This document shows positions 31,056-41,298 of a stretch of DNA of 64,000 nt, piece by piece. The stretch spans positions 4,534,187-4,598,186 of the forward strand of contig NZ_CP117877.1 in the NCBI RefSeq assembly GCF_028736115.1. Direction: 5' to 3'. The DNA is from Mucilaginibacter sp. KACC 22063 (GTDB taxonomy: Bacteria; Bacteroidota; Bacteroidia; Sphingobacteriales; Sphingobacteriaceae). Below the pieces are notes generated by a model. That model was given only the letters and a program-made list of their open reading frames with translations. It was not told the origin of the DNA and ran no database searches. The translations under genes and the position numbers were made by a program. Every line of letters starts with the position of its first letter. Position 1 is the first letter of the stretch.

Positions 31056-32945
31056 ATGGCTGATTTAATTTTTAAACTCTGGTGGGTGCTGCCTGTGCTT
31101 GCAGCTCTGCTGATGTACAAATTTGTACTTCGTGTATTTTTTGGTATGATCATCGTTCCTGACGACCGTATCGGGCTTGTGGTTAAAAAGTTTTCGCTTT
31201 ACGGCGGCGACCGCCGCCTGCCTGACGGGCGTATTATTGCTACCAAAGGCGAGGCTGGTATGCAGGCCAAACCCCTTGCACCGGGCTTGTACTGGCGCAT
31301 GTGGCCATGGCAATATGCCATTACTATGGAACCTTTTACCATTATTGAACAAGGCAAGCTGGGGCTTGTAAAAGCTAAAGACGGCGCTGCGCTTGATACC
31401 GGGCGGGTGTTGGGCAAACCTGTAGAGTGCGACAAGTTTCAGGATGCACAGGCATTTTTAGACAGCAATGGTCAAAAAGGCCCGCAGGCTGCATTTTTAA
31501 CGCCAGGTAGCTATCGTATCAATACCTTTTTGTTCGAAATAGAAAAGGTGCCGGTAACGCAGATCCATGAAAACAAAGTGGGTATTATCACCACGTTAGA
31601 TGGTGAACCGCTTGATAAAGGAGAAATTGCCGGCGGCTCGGTTGCCGGGCACCGTAACTACCAGGACCCGATGGCATTTATAAGCGCAGGCGGTAAAAAG
31701 GGGTTACAGGAAGATGTTATACTGGCAGGTACCTATTACCTTAACCCCTGGTTTGTAATTGTTGAACAGGTTGAAATGATTCACATCCCTATCGGTTATG
31801 TGGGTGTAGTAAACTCGTTTGTTGGCCCTGAAGGTAAAGACACCAGCGGCGAAAGCTTTAAACATGGTAACATTGTTAAGAAAAACGAGAAAGGTGTTTG
31901 GGAAGAACCATTAGACCCAGGCAAGCATCCGGTAAACATTTATACCCATGCGGTTGAAGTTGTACCAACAACCAACATCGTTTTAAACTGGGCTAACAGC
32001 CGCAGCGAAGCGCATGAACTTGACAAGAACCTGTGTACCATCAGTGTACGTTCTTCTGACGGTTTTACATTTAACCTCGACGTTTCCCAGATCATACATA
32101 TCCCAAGGAACGAAGCACCTAAAGTAATTGCCCGCTTTGGTAACATGAAAAACCTGGTATCCCAGGTGTTGGAGCCTACCATTGCCAACTACTTCCGCAA
32201 CTCGGCACAAAAAAGCGACGTGATCGAATTTTTGAGTAACCGTTCACAACGCCAGGATGATGCTAAGGGACACATCAGTAAAGTACTTGGCGACTATAAC
32301 GTAGTAGGTGTGGATACGCTGATTGGCGACATTGTGCCGCCAGAGGCATTGATGAAAACCCTTACCGACCGTAAGATTGCCGAGCAGGAACGTGTAACCT
32401 ACGAAATTCAAAAAAGCGCACAGATTGAGCGTAAAGAGTTTGAAAGTGCAAAAGCCGGTGCCGATATGCAGCCCGAGATTGTTAAATCAACCCGCCAGGT
32501 AGAGATCAACACGCAAATGGCTGCTGCAAAAGTTGCCGCTGCTAAGGGTGATGCAGAATCAAGGGTGATTAACGCAAAAGCCGATGCAGAAAACCGCACC
32601 ATCAATGCAAAAGCAGATGCCGAAGCAAAAACAATTATTGCCAAAGCAGATGCCTCTGCAACCGAGGTCAATGGTACTGCAGAAGCCGGTAAAATAAAAG
32701 CCATCGGTTTGGCTGAAGCCGAAGTAACCAAACAAAAAACCGAAGCAATGGGTACCGAGCAATATGCGATAGTGCGTGTAGCTGAAGCATTAGCCAGCAA
32801 CGGTATTAAACTGGTGCCTGAGATTTTGGTTAGCGGTAAAGACGGCGGCAACAGCGGGATTGTGGATGCGCTGATCGGCACCGAGTTGTTTAAAAAACTA
32901 CAACAGGACAATAACAACAAACCCGGCAGCGAAAACTTGAATTAA
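31056..32945 (+). CDS. SPFH/band-7 (flotillin-like) membrane protein with C-terminal coiled-coil repeats
   Basis: N-terminal TM helices, an SPFH-like core, and a C-terminal Ala/Lys/Glu-rich coiled coil with tandem INAKADAE repeats. Confidence 0.7.
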   Translation: MADLIFKLWWVLPVLAALLMYKFVLRVFFGMIIVPDDRIGLVVKKFSLYGGDRRLPDGRIIATKGEAGMQAKPLAPGLYWRMWPWQYAITMEPFTIIEQGKLGLVKAKDGAALDTGRVLGKPVECDKFQDAQAFLDSNGQKGPQAAFLTPGSYRINTFLFEIEKVPVTQIHENKVGIITTLDGEPLDKGEIAGGSVAGHRNYQDPMAFISAGGKKGLQEDVILAGTYYLNPWFVIVEQVEMIHIPIGYVGVVNSFVGPEGKDTSGESFKHGNIVKKNEKGVWEEPLDPGKHPVNIYTHAVEVVPTTNIVLNWANSRSEAHELDKNLCTISVRSSDGFTFNLDVSQIIHIPRNEAPKVIARFGNMKNLVSQVLEPTIANYFRNSAQKSDVIEFLSNRSQRQDDAKGHISKVLGDYNVVGVDTLIGDIVPPEALMKTLTDRKIAEQERVTYEIQKSAQIERKEFESAKAGADMQPEIVKSTRQVEINTQMAAAKVAAAKGDAESRVINAKADAENRTINAKADAEAKTIIAKADASATEVNGTAEAGKIKAIGLAEAEVTKQKTEAMGTEQYAIVRVAEALASNGIKLVPEILVSGKDGGNSGIVDALIGTELFKKLQQDNNNKPGSENLN

Positions 32946-32952
32946 GGATTAT

Positions 32953-33066
32953 TACGCTTAAATCAAACGTCATTGCGATCCGCTTTATGGCGGAGAAGCA
33001 ATCCCAAACTTTGCAAACGATAATGCATTTTAGTGATTGCTTCGTGCCTCGCAATGACGTTTTGTA
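32953..33066. repeat. nested inverted-repeat (palindromic) intergenic element
   Basis: Outer arms AAACGTCATTGCGA (32965-32978) and TCGCAATGACGTTT (33049-33062). Inner arms GAAGCAATC and GATTGCTTC. A further hairpin TCCGC-tttatg-GCGGA sits in the left half. Confidence 0.5.
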
Positions 33067-33173
33067 TCTTAGATCAACCAGGGTGAGGCTCATCTTGTAA
33101 CAATCGGCATATAATTCAAATTATACTATCTGCAATTCATCAGCGTTTTTTATGTTTACACAAACATTTCAAC

Positions 33174-33704
33174 ATGACTACTAAAACCTATTTTTATCCA
33201 GTTTTAATTGCGGCTGTAATTATTTCCATGACGGCTTGTAAAAGCAAAAAGATGGTTGCCAAACCACAGGAACCAACCCCAGTAGCGACCACACCTCCGC
33301 CAACCGAAACAAAACCGGTAGAACAACCTACTTCTAAAGAAGAAGAACCGGCACCCGCGCCAAAACCATCGTTAAAGTTCAGCAATATCCAGTTTGAATT
33401 TAACTCTGGAGTGCTGCGCACAGATGCTTATCCTGTTTTAGATCAGGCTGCCGCTGCCATTAAGCAGTATCCTGATGTTAAATTTATGATCAACGGCCAC
33501 TCAAGTGCCGAGGGCAGTACTGAGCATAATCAGCAGTTATCAGAAGAACGTGCAAATGCCGTAAAAACTTATTTGGTAAATGCAGGTGTAAGCGGTGATG
33601 CGCTTACCACCAAAGGCTATGGCGAAAGCAAACCCATTGCACCAAATGATACCGAAGCTGGCCGTGCGCTTAACCGCCGGGTAGAAATAAAACCAATACA
33701 ATAA
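33174..33704 (+). CDS. OmpA-family lipoprotein
   Basis: Lipobox ISMTAC. Pro/Thr-rich linker. C-terminal OmpA domain (FEFNSGVL...NRRVEIK). Confidence 0.8.
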   Translation: MTTKTYFYPVLIAAVIISMTACKSKKMVAKPQEPTPVATTPPPTETKPVEQPTSKEEEPAPAPKPSLKFSNIQFEFNSGVLRTDAYPVLDQAAAAIKQYPDVKFMINGHSSAEGSTEHNQQLSEERANAVKTYLVNAGVSGDALTTKGYGESKPIAPNDTEAGRALNRRVEIKPIQ

Positions 33705-33720
33705 TATTATTGCAAACATA

Positions 33721-33750
33721 CAGCCCCGGTTTATCCGGGGTTTTTTGTTT
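33721..33750 (+). terminator. rho-independent terminator
   Basis: cagccccgg-ttta-tccgggg followed by tttttt. Confidence 0.6.
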
Positions 33751-33760
33751 ACTTTAAATT

Positions 33761-34645
33761 GTGTCTGCGCAATCCACATATCAGCTAACGCGTATTGCCC
33801 CTACTCCGAGTGGGTATTTACATATCGGCAATGTATTGTCGTTTGCTATTACTGCTGCATTGGCCGAACGCTCTGGCGCGAAAATCTTATTGCGCATTGA
33901 CGATCTTGACCAGCAGCGGGTAATGCCCCAATATGTTCAGGATATTTTTGACACGCTTAATTTCTTAGAAATCCAGTGGCATATGGGGCCTCGAAATTAC
34001 CAGGAATACAAAAGCGATTGGTCGCAACTGCACAGGCTCGATAGCTACCAGAAAGCATTGCAACAACTGAAAGATGAAGGCCATGTATTTGCATGTACCT
34101 GCTCACGGTCGCTGATTAAAAAGCTGACTGCAGACGAAACCTATCCCGGCATTTGCCTTGATAAAAATATTCCGTTTGATACCGGGGGTGCGTGCTGGCG
34201 AATAAAAACTGATGAAAGGCAACTAAGTGTAAATACATTTAACGGTGTAGTACAGGCGCATCTCACGGCAGACGCTAATTATTTTATAGTACGCAAGAAA
34301 GATGGCTTCGCGGCTTACCAGTTAGCTTCGGTGATTGACGATATAAACTTTGGCGTCGATCTTATTGTTCGCGGTCAGGATTTATGGTCATCCACACTGG
34401 CGCAGCTTTTCCTGGCTGAAAAGCTAAAAAAGCAGGGCTTATTAAATAACGTTTTCCATCACCATGCCCTGCTTACCAATTTGAACGGCGATAAGCTTTC
34501 TAAGTCGGCAGGCGACACTTCCATACAAAGCCTTCGTAAGCAAGGCAAAACGGCTGCCGATATTTATACGGCTATAGCAACTGCGATGGGTTTTAATGAT
34601 CCGGTCAATAGTTGGCAGCAGCTTGCTCAGTTGATTAATGTCTAA
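33761..34645 (+). CDS. gluQ: tRNA glutamyl-Q(34) synthetase GluQRS
   Basis: 294 aa, truncated GluRS catalytic domain without an anticodon-binding domain. HIGN motif PSGYLHIGNVLS. KLSKS-like motif present. Confidence 0.85.
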   Translation: MSAQSTYQLTRIAPTPSGYLHIGNVLSFAITAALAERSGAKILLRIDDLDQQRVMPQYVQDIFDTLNFLEIQWHMGPRNYQEYKSDWSQLHRLDSYQKALQQLKDEGHVFACTCSRSLIKKLTADETYPGICLDKNIPFDTGGACWRIKTDERQLSVNTFNGVVQAHLTADANYFIVRKKDGFAAYQLASVIDDINFGVDLIVRGQDLWSSTLAQLFLAEKLKKQGLLNNVFHHHALLTNLNGDKLSKSAGDTSIQSLRKQGKTAADIYTAIATAMGFNDPVNSWQQLAQLINV

Positions 34646-34677
34646 AACATTTTTGAAGCGTAGCATATTTTAATTGT

Positions 34678-35436
34678 ATGCTTGATGAACAAAAAGGCCA
34701 ATTTTACTCCGGAACCAGCGGTTTGCTAACGCCCATACCTAAACGAGATTTCCCGGAAGAGTTTAAAGATAAAAGCCGCCTTTGCTTCTATAGCAGCCTG
34801 TTCAACAGCATCGAGATCAACAGCTCGTTTTATAAACTCCCCCTGGCCAAAACACTTTCAAAATGGGCAGGCGAGGTAAACGATAATTTTCGCTTTACCT
34901 TCAAACTGTGGAAAGAGATCACCCACAACAAAGGGCTTGAGTTTAAGCCTGATGACGTAAAGCTCTTTATGGATGCCATTAACAGCGTAGGGCATAAGAA
35001 AGGAAGCCTGCTGGTGCAGTTTCCACCAAGCTTACAGGTAAGCCATAAACAACAGTTAAATGTATTACTTGATGTTTTGCGCGAAACCGACCATGAGCAG
35101 CAATGGGACATTGCCATTGAATTCAGGCACAAATCATGGTACCGCGACGATGTTTATGAGCTTCTTGAAAATAACAAGATGGCTCTGGTCCTTCAAGACA
35201 TCCCTGCTTCTGCCACGCCGATGCTTGATCAATCTTTAAACTTCGTTTACGTACGCTATCATGGGCCTAATGGTGGCTATCGTGGTAGCTATGAAGATGA
35301 CTTCCTTTCAGAATACGCCTACTACATTAACGACTGGTGCAACGAAGGCAAAACTGTTTATGCCTACTTCAATAATACCATAGGCTCGGCTTTAGCCAAT
35401 CTCCAATCGCTTAATGGCTATCTGCTAAATTTCTAA
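34678..35436 (+). CDS. DUF72-family protein
   Basis: 252 aa. YSGTSGLL...F...ELN(I)SFY pattern is typical of DUF72. Confidence 0.75.
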   Translation: MLDEQKGQFYSGTSGLLTPIPKRDFPEEFKDKSRLCFYSSLFNSIEINSSFYKLPLAKTLSKWAGEVNDNFRFTFKLWKEITHNKGLEFKPDDVKLFMDAINSVGHKKGSLLVQFPPSLQVSHKQQLNVLLDVLRETDHEQQWDIAIEFRHKSWYRDDVYELLENNKMALVLQDIPASATPMLDQSLNFVYVRYHGPNGGYRGSYEDDFLSEYAYYINDWCNEGKTVYAYFNNTIGSALANLQSLNGYLLNF

Positions 35437-35588
35437 TCAAATTTTTAAAGTCGATGAAGTTAATCGACAATTAAAAATCTTGTCACATTTACGTTACTCG
35501 GTTTAATTTGTTAATCTTTCATTAACAGAGCGTCATTTTTCTATATATTTAGTTTTTTAAACGCTTTTAATAAACTATTGAATTGCTT

Positions 35589-38500
35589 ATGAGGAAAACT
35601 CTACTCTTTTTCTTCACGCTAACTTGCTGCTGGGTGTTCAACGCAAATGCCCAGTCAATAAGAGTTACCGGCAAGGTAACTGCAGCAGAAGACGGTAGCC
35701 CAATGCCCGGCGTAACCGTAAAAATCAAGGGAACAACATCTGGCACACAAACCGACCTGGAAGGCGGTTACACTATTTCGGCAACTCCCGGCCAGGTGAT
35801 TACCTTCTCGTTTATTGGCACAGTGCCGCAAGAACGTACGGTAGGTGCAGCAACAACCATTAATGTGCAGCTTAAAGCTGATGCCAAAAGCTTGCAGGAA
35901 GTTGTGGTAACCGGCTTTAACGTAAAACAAGACAAACGCGACCTTACATCGTCAACCCAAACCATCAGTGGTTCGGTGCTTGCACAAACACAGCGCGAAA
36001 ACCTTGTAAACTCATTACAGGGCCGCATTGCCGGTGCTACCGTTACCAGTACCAGTGGTACACCGGGTGCTTCGGCATCCATTGTTTTACGTGGTATTAC
36101 TTCCATTGGCGGCAGCAACCAGCCGCTGTTTGTGGTGGACGGTATCCGTGTAAATAATGATGCTATGAGTCAAAGCGCATTGGCATCAAACGGCGATAAC
36201 CGCCGTCAGGATTTTACCAACCGTATTGCGGATATTAACCCTGACGATATTGAAACCCTAACCGTTTTAAAAGGTGCCGATGCAGCTGCGGTTTATGGTT
36301 CTGATGCCGCAGGTGGCGCCATTGTGATTACCACCAAAAAAGGTAAAAGCGGTGCAGGGTCAATCACTTACAATAATAACTTCAGTTTTTCTAACGAATA
36401 CCGTTTCCCTAAGATTCAAACCACCTTTGGCCCGGGTACCTCTGGTTATAATGATCCTACCACAAGGCTGGCTTACGGCCCCGCTTATGCACCGGGTACG
36501 CAAACCTTTAATAACCTGAAAAACTTTTTTCAGACTGGTTTTTCGCAATCGCATGACCTGGCTTTTCAGGGTGGTAATGACGAAGCAAGTTACCGTATTT
36601 CGGGCGAATACCGTCATACCGGCGGTGTAATCCCTGTGGTGTATAACAATAAGCTATCGTTGCGCATGGCGGGTCAGGCTAAGCTAACGCCTAAGTTAAC
36701 CAGCAGCGCTACATTCAACTATTTTAATATAGATAACCGCAAAACCAACAAAGGCGACGGCGGTACATACATCAACGCCTTATCATGGCCCACCAATGAT
36801 GATGTGCGCAACTATTTAAACCCGGATGGCAGCCGCAGAACCCTTTTGCCTGCTACTACCTCTGTTGCTGATGCTTCCATTGATTTTGATAATCCGTTAT
36901 GGGATGTGAACAACAATATCAGTCGCGACAAAACCAATCGCGTAATCGCTAACTTCGATCTGAATTATGATGCGACTAAGTGGTTAAATTTCCAGGGATT
37001 ATTTGGTGTTGATTATTATACTACTCAGGGTAATAACTTAGTTAGCCAGTATAGTAACTCTTATCAAAATGCTATATCATCCAGCTTTCAACCAGCAAGC
37101 GGTTTAAGCAAAGGCGGTATCATTGATAATTATGATGATAACAACCTGCTGCTAAACGGGTCTTTATTTGCTACTGTAAAGAAAAATTTTGGCGATTTCA
37201 GGACAACTCTTGCCGTAGGTGCCGAAATTTATGATGGTAAAGACATTACCAACGGCCAGTATGGCGAAGCGTTTTTACAGCCGGATTTCAACACCATCAA
37301 CAATACTACACCAACTACCCAACGTGCTACAACTGCCTATGCAGAAACCCGCCGTATTGGTGAAATTGCCCGTTTAAGTGTAGTTTACAAGGAGTTAATT
37401 ACTTTAAACGCCACTGCCCGGAACGATTATTCATCACGTTTAGCCGGCACTACCAAAAACTCCTATTTCTATCCATCAGCAGGTGTCGGGTTTAACTTCA
37501 GCGAATTACCTGCCTTAAAAGGCAACAAGGTTTTATCATTCGGTAAAATCCGCTTCTCTTATGCAGGTGTTGGTAAAGACCCATTTGCACCTTACAAAAT
37601 CCTGTCAAGCGTAATTCAGCAATCAACCACCGGTGGTGGCTATGCGTATGACGTTACCGGTAACAACCCATCTCTTAAACCTGAGAAAGACTACCAGATG
37701 GAGTTAGGTACCGAGCTGCAATTTTTTAACGGCCGCTTAGGTGCAGAGATCAATGTTTATAAATACCGTGCAACCAACCAGATCTTTGATCCGCGTATCA
37801 GCTATGCATCTGGTTATATCCTGGAGCTTGTTAATGGCGGCGAAATTCAGAATAAAGGTTTGGAGATTGAGCTGAACGGCACCCCGGTAAGAACAAAAGA
37901 TTTCAGCTGGAAACCATTCGTAAACTTCTTCCTGAACCGTGGCAAGGTGATTAACCTTGGCGACCTGCCAGAATATTATAATTCTGACACCTGGATTTAT
38001 GCCAATGCCAGATCAAGCATTTTCCCGGGCAGCAGTTTAATGAACATTGCTTCTTTCAGCTATGCACGTAACAACAAAGGCCAAATACTGGTTGACCCAA
38101 CAACAGGTTTGCCTATCTCAAATTCGACATTTGTAACCGTGGGCGACCGCCAGCCTAAATTTACAATTGGCTTTGGCAACAGCTTTACTTATAAATCTTT
38201 AGCGTTATCATTCCTGCTCGATTTCCGCAAGGGTGGCGACGTATTTAACGGCAACGAGCTGTTCCTTACCCGTTATGGCTTAAGCCAGCGTACCGTTAAC
38301 AGGCAAACTCCTATTGTTGTACCGGGCGTTTTGAAAGACGGTAACGAAAACTCGGCTAATCCTACGGTTAATACCATACAGGTAACACCTTATTATCAAA
38401 ACGATTATTACAAAAACGCCATCGAGTCTGACTTTGTGGAGCATAATATTAATGTGCTAAGGATGAGAGACATCACTCTTAGCTACAATCTGCCACAATC

Positions 38501-38705
38501 TATACTTGCCAAACAAAAGGTGTTTAAATCTGCAGGCGTATATGTAACCGCGACAGATCTGTTCATGATTACCAACTACACCGGCGCCGATCCCGAAGTT
38601 AACGGCACCAACTCCTCTACCAGGGGTTCTGGCGCTGCCGGATTTGACTATGGCACATTAGCCAGGCCACGCACGTTCTCATTTGGTATAAGTGTAAAAT
38701 TATAA
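35589..38705 (+). CDS. SusC/RagA-family TonB-dependent outer-membrane transporter
   Basis: Signal peptide. N-terminal carboxypeptidase-regulatory-like domain (IRVTGKVTAAEDGSPMPGVTVKIKGTT). Plug domain. ~1000-aa barrel ending in a C-terminal aromatic (an alternative ATG lies at 35583). Followed by a SusD gene. Confidence 0.9.
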   Translation: MRKTLLFFFTLTCCWVFNANAQSIRVTGKVTAAEDGSPMPGVTVKIKGTTSGTQTDLEGGYTISATPGQVITFSFIGTVPQERTVGAATTINVQLKADAKSLQEVVVTGFNVKQDKRDLTSSTQTISGSVLAQTQRENLVNSLQGRIAGATVTSTSGTPGASASIVLRGITSIGGSNQPLFVVDGIRVNNDAMSQSALASNGDNRRQDFTNRIADINPDDIETLTVLKGADAAAVYGSDAAGGAIVITTKKGKSGAGSITYNNNFSFSNEYRFPKIQTTFGPGTSGYNDPTTRLAYGPAYAPGTQTFNNLKNFFQTGFSQSHDLAFQGGNDEASYRISGEYRHTGGVIPVVYNNKLSLRMAGQAKLTPKLTSSATFNYFNIDNRKTNKGDGGTYINALSWPTNDDVRNYLNPDGSRRTLLPATTSVADASIDFDNPLWDVNNNISRDKTNRVIANFDLNYDATKWLNFQGLFGVDYYTTQGNNLVSQYSNSYQNAISSSFQPASGLSKGGIIDNYDDNNLLLNGSLFATVKKNFGDFRTTLAVGAEIYDGKDITNGQYGEAFLQPDFNTINNTTPTTQRATTAYAETRRIGEIARLSVVYKELITLNATARNDYSSRLAGTTKNSYFYPSAGVGFNFSELPALKGNKVLSFGKIRFSYAGVGKDPFAPYKILSSVIQQSTTGGGYAYDVTGNNPSLKPEKDYQMELGTELQFFNGRLGAEINVYKYRATNQIFDPRISYASGYILELVNGGEIQNKGLEIELNGTPVRTKDFSWKPFVNFFLNRGKVINLGDLPEYYNSDTWIYANARSSIFPGSSLMNIASFSYARNNKGQILVDPTTGLPISNSTFVTVGDRQPKFTIGFGNSFTYKSLALSFLLDFRKGGDVFNGNELFLTRYGLSQRTVNRQTPIVVPGVLKDGNENSANPTVNTIQVTPYYQNDYYKNAIESDFVEHNINVLRMRDITLSYNLPQSILAKQKVFKSAGVYVTATDLFMITNYTGADPEVNGTNSSTRGSGAAGFDYGTLARPRTFSFGISVKL

Positions 38706-38718
38706 GAGAGAAACCGAT

Positions 38719-40296
38719 ATGAAAAAACTCATATATACGATAACAGCACTGTTAGCCATTGGCACGGTAAGCAGCTGCAAAAAATTTGTTGATATTAACA
38801 CCAATCCTAACGCACCTACCAGTGTAGATGCTGCCAGTTTATTACCGCCAATGCTGGCCGGTATGGAAAGAGGGGTTTGGTATGACAGCCGATATATTGG
38901 CCAATATGCCCAGATCTGGGGATCAACTGCTGCAAACAATGTTTGGGACCAGGAAGGATATGCACCAGGCTCAGACTCAAACGGCGAAATGTGGCGTACC
39001 ATTTACTTTAGCCTTGGGCAAAATATTAACCTGATGATTGCCGATGCTACAGCTCATAACAAATATGAATATTTAGGCGTTGCACATGCACTGCGCGCTT
39101 GGGGATGGCAGTATGGTGGCGACATTTATAACTACATGATTGTTAAAGAAGCTTATGACCCCACTAAGCTGACCTTCAATTATGATGACCCGCAAACGGT
39201 TTATGCCGCAGCAGTATCAGAATGCCGCCTGGCATTGCAATATTTTAACCAGGCAATTAAAGCTGATGGAAATTCGGGCGTATCTACAACACTGCAGAAA
39301 GGCGACTACCTGTACAATGGTAACCGCAGCCAGTGGATCAAATTCGTTTATTCGATACTTGCGCAAAATGCAATGCACATGAGCAACAAGTCGACTTTTC
39401 AGCCCGATTCTGTGGCTAAGTTTGTTGACCTTTCTTTTGCCGGTAATCAAGACAATGCAAGCGTTCAAAACACAGCGTCTAACTCTACCGATGCTAACTT
39501 CTGGGGACCTACACGCGGTAACCTGAATAGCTATCGCCAGTCTGATTTTATTGTACGTTTGCTTGATGGCCGTATTTTAGCCGGAGCTGCAAATCAGGAT
39601 ACCCTTGCCGACCCTCGCTTACCTTTGTTTCTTAATATTAGTAAAGACAGAGTGTATCGTGGTGTGATTGCTCCGCTGGGCGACCCTAACACGGCTGATC
39701 CCAATACTGCAATACCCGCATGGGCTGGTTTTAATAACGTTAAACAAACCGGTACAGCTAAATATCTTTTCAATGATAACGCACGTGGCGTACTGATGAC
39801 CTATCCGGTACTTCAATTTATGAAGGCTGAAGCTTTGTACAAAAAAGGCGATATAGCTGGTGCGTATAACTCGTTTAAAACCGGCGTTTCAGCTGCGCTT
39901 GATTTTGCAAGCAATCCGCCGGTAGGTACAACCATTGTTGGTCCGCAAAACTATATATCTGCAACAGCCAAGGCTAAATATCTTGCCGGTCCAAGTGTTC
40001 CGCAATCGGCAGCAGCATTAAAACTAAGCGACATCTTGCAGCAAAAATTCATCGCCCTGTATTTATGGAACCCAATAGAGGCATGGACAGACGAGCGCCG
40101 TTACAGCTACGATGCTACAATTTTTCAGGGTTTTACCAAACCAGGCACATTATATCCGGATAATGCCGGCAAACAGGTTTATGTTGTACGCCCGCGCTAT
40201 AATTCAGAGTACATCTGGAACATTCCGGCATTGCAAAAAATTGGTGCAACAGCTCCGGATTATCATACCACAAAACCATGGTTTGTTTTACCATAA
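38719..40296 (+). CDS. SusD/RagB-family nutrient-binding outer-membrane lipoprotein
   Basis: Lipobox VSSC. TPR-like SusD architecture. 525 aa immediately after SusC. Confidence 0.85.
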   Translation: MKKLIYTITALLAIGTVSSCKKFVDINTNPNAPTSVDAASLLPPMLAGMERGVWYDSRYIGQYAQIWGSTAANNVWDQEGYAPGSDSNGEMWRTIYFSLGQNINLMIADATAHNKYEYLGVAHALRAWGWQYGGDIYNYMIVKEAYDPTKLTFNYDDPQTVYAAAVSECRLALQYFNQAIKADGNSGVSTTLQKGDYLYNGNRSQWIKFVYSILAQNAMHMSNKSTFQPDSVAKFVDLSFAGNQDNASVQNTASNSTDANFWGPTRGNLNSYRQSDFIVRLLDGRILAGAANQDTLADPRLPLFLNISKDRVYRGVIAPLGDPNTADPNTAIPAWAGFNNVKQTGTAKYLFNDNARGVLMTYPVLQFMKAEALYKKGDIAGAYNSFKTGVSAALDFASNPPVGTTIVGPQNYISATAKAKYLAGPSVPQSAAALKLSDILQQKFIALYLWNPIEAWTDERRYSYDATIFQGFTKPGTLYPDNAGKQVYVVRPRYNSEYIWNIPALQKIGATAPDYHTTKPWFVLP

Positions 40297-40310
40297 TTTA
40301 AAAGATTAGC

Positions 40311-41255
40311 ATGAAGAAGATATCTCCATTCATATTTGCCTTACTGCTGTCTGCAGCCGTAGGGTGCAAAAAAGATACGCCCACACAGGAGGGCGACCCG
40401 GCAAACGGAGCATTAGTTAAATTTTTGCATACTGCTCCCGGTACCCCTGCTATCGATGGTTACATCAATACAACCAAAATTACCCCGCAAGCGTCTGTTT
40501 CTGTAACAGATAATGCACTGGTTACCTCGATAACTACCGGCATCACTTATAACTATCTGGGTTCTGTTACATCTTACCTTGGTCAGTTTCCGGGTAATAA
40601 CTATGCTGTAGTACCTGCAGGCAATACTACTATTAAAGTTGTCGCATCAACTCCTGCACCTGCATTAATTAGCCAGCAAACAAGTACCCCTGGTGCAATT
40701 ATCGGCAGTGTTACGCAAAACACTACCAGCGGGACAGCATATTCTGTATTTACGATGGGATTACCCGGCTCTACAACTACGCCTTTAAGTGTAAAAGTGG
40801 TTGAAGACAAGTTTCCGGCTGCGGCAAGTGGCAAGGCTTATATCCGCTTTGCCCATATGATACCCAATGGCGCCCCGGTTGATGTAACAGGCACATACAC
40901 CCCTACCGGCGGAGCAGCCACAACCAGTCCATTGGTTACAGGCACCGCTTATGGTACAGTAACCGACTTTGTAGCGGTACCTGTAAATGCTGTCAGTACC
41001 TCATCTTATACATTCCAGATGTACCTGGCCGGCACGCAAACTAAATTGGGCGCAGTTTCCGGAACGGTAACTGTAGCCCCGGGAAGATACTACACCATAA
41101 TTGGCCGTGGATTAGCTGCTAATTACGTTGTGCCCGGAATTAATGTTACGCTACGGTCGACCGCAAGGCCTTCCCTACCGGTAACTGACCCCACTACCAA
41201 ATTACCTGAGATTTATTTTAATCCGCCGGGTATTGTATTTTATACCAACAAATAA
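40311..41255 (+). CDS. DUF4397-domain lipoprotein (third gene of the SusCD locus)
   Basis: Lipobox AVGC. Two Thr/Gly-rich beta-sandwich-like repeats (KFLHTAPGTPAIDGY.. / IRFAHMIPNGAPVDV..). Confidence 0.7.
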   Translation: MKKISPFIFALLLSAAVGCKKDTPTQEGDPANGALVKFLHTAPGTPAIDGYINTTKITPQASVSVTDNALVTSITTGITYNYLGSVTSYLGQFPGNNYAVVPAGNTTIKVVASTPAPALISQQTSTPGAIIGSVTQNTTSGTAYSVFTMGLPGSTTTPLSVKVVEDKFPAAASGKAYIRFAHMIPNGAPVDVTGTYTPTGGAATTSPLVTGTAYGTVTDFVAVPVNAVSTSSYTFQMYLAGTQTKLGAVSGTVTVAPGRYYTIIGRGLAANYVVPGINVTLRSTARPSLPVTDPTTKLPEIYFNPPGIVFYTNK

Positions 41256-41262
41256 TTTTGTA

Positions 41263-41297
41263 ACAAAGAAGCCTGCAAATTGCAGGCTTCTTTGTTT
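41263..41297. terminator. bidirectional terminator hairpin
   Basis: aaagaagcctgca-aat-tgcaggcttcttt. Perfect 13-bp stem between convergent genes. Confidence 0.6.
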
Positions 41298-41298
41298 A

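Noticed and set aside
32408-32920. 170-aa minus-strand ORF with Ala/Ser-rich repetitive translation
   Set aside because: Artefact of the antisense strand of the SPFH coiled-coil tandem repeats.
35655-36617. Minus-strand ORFs (85-116 aa) inside SusC
   Set aside because: Antisense to a 1040-aa TonB-dependent transporter with clear domain structure.
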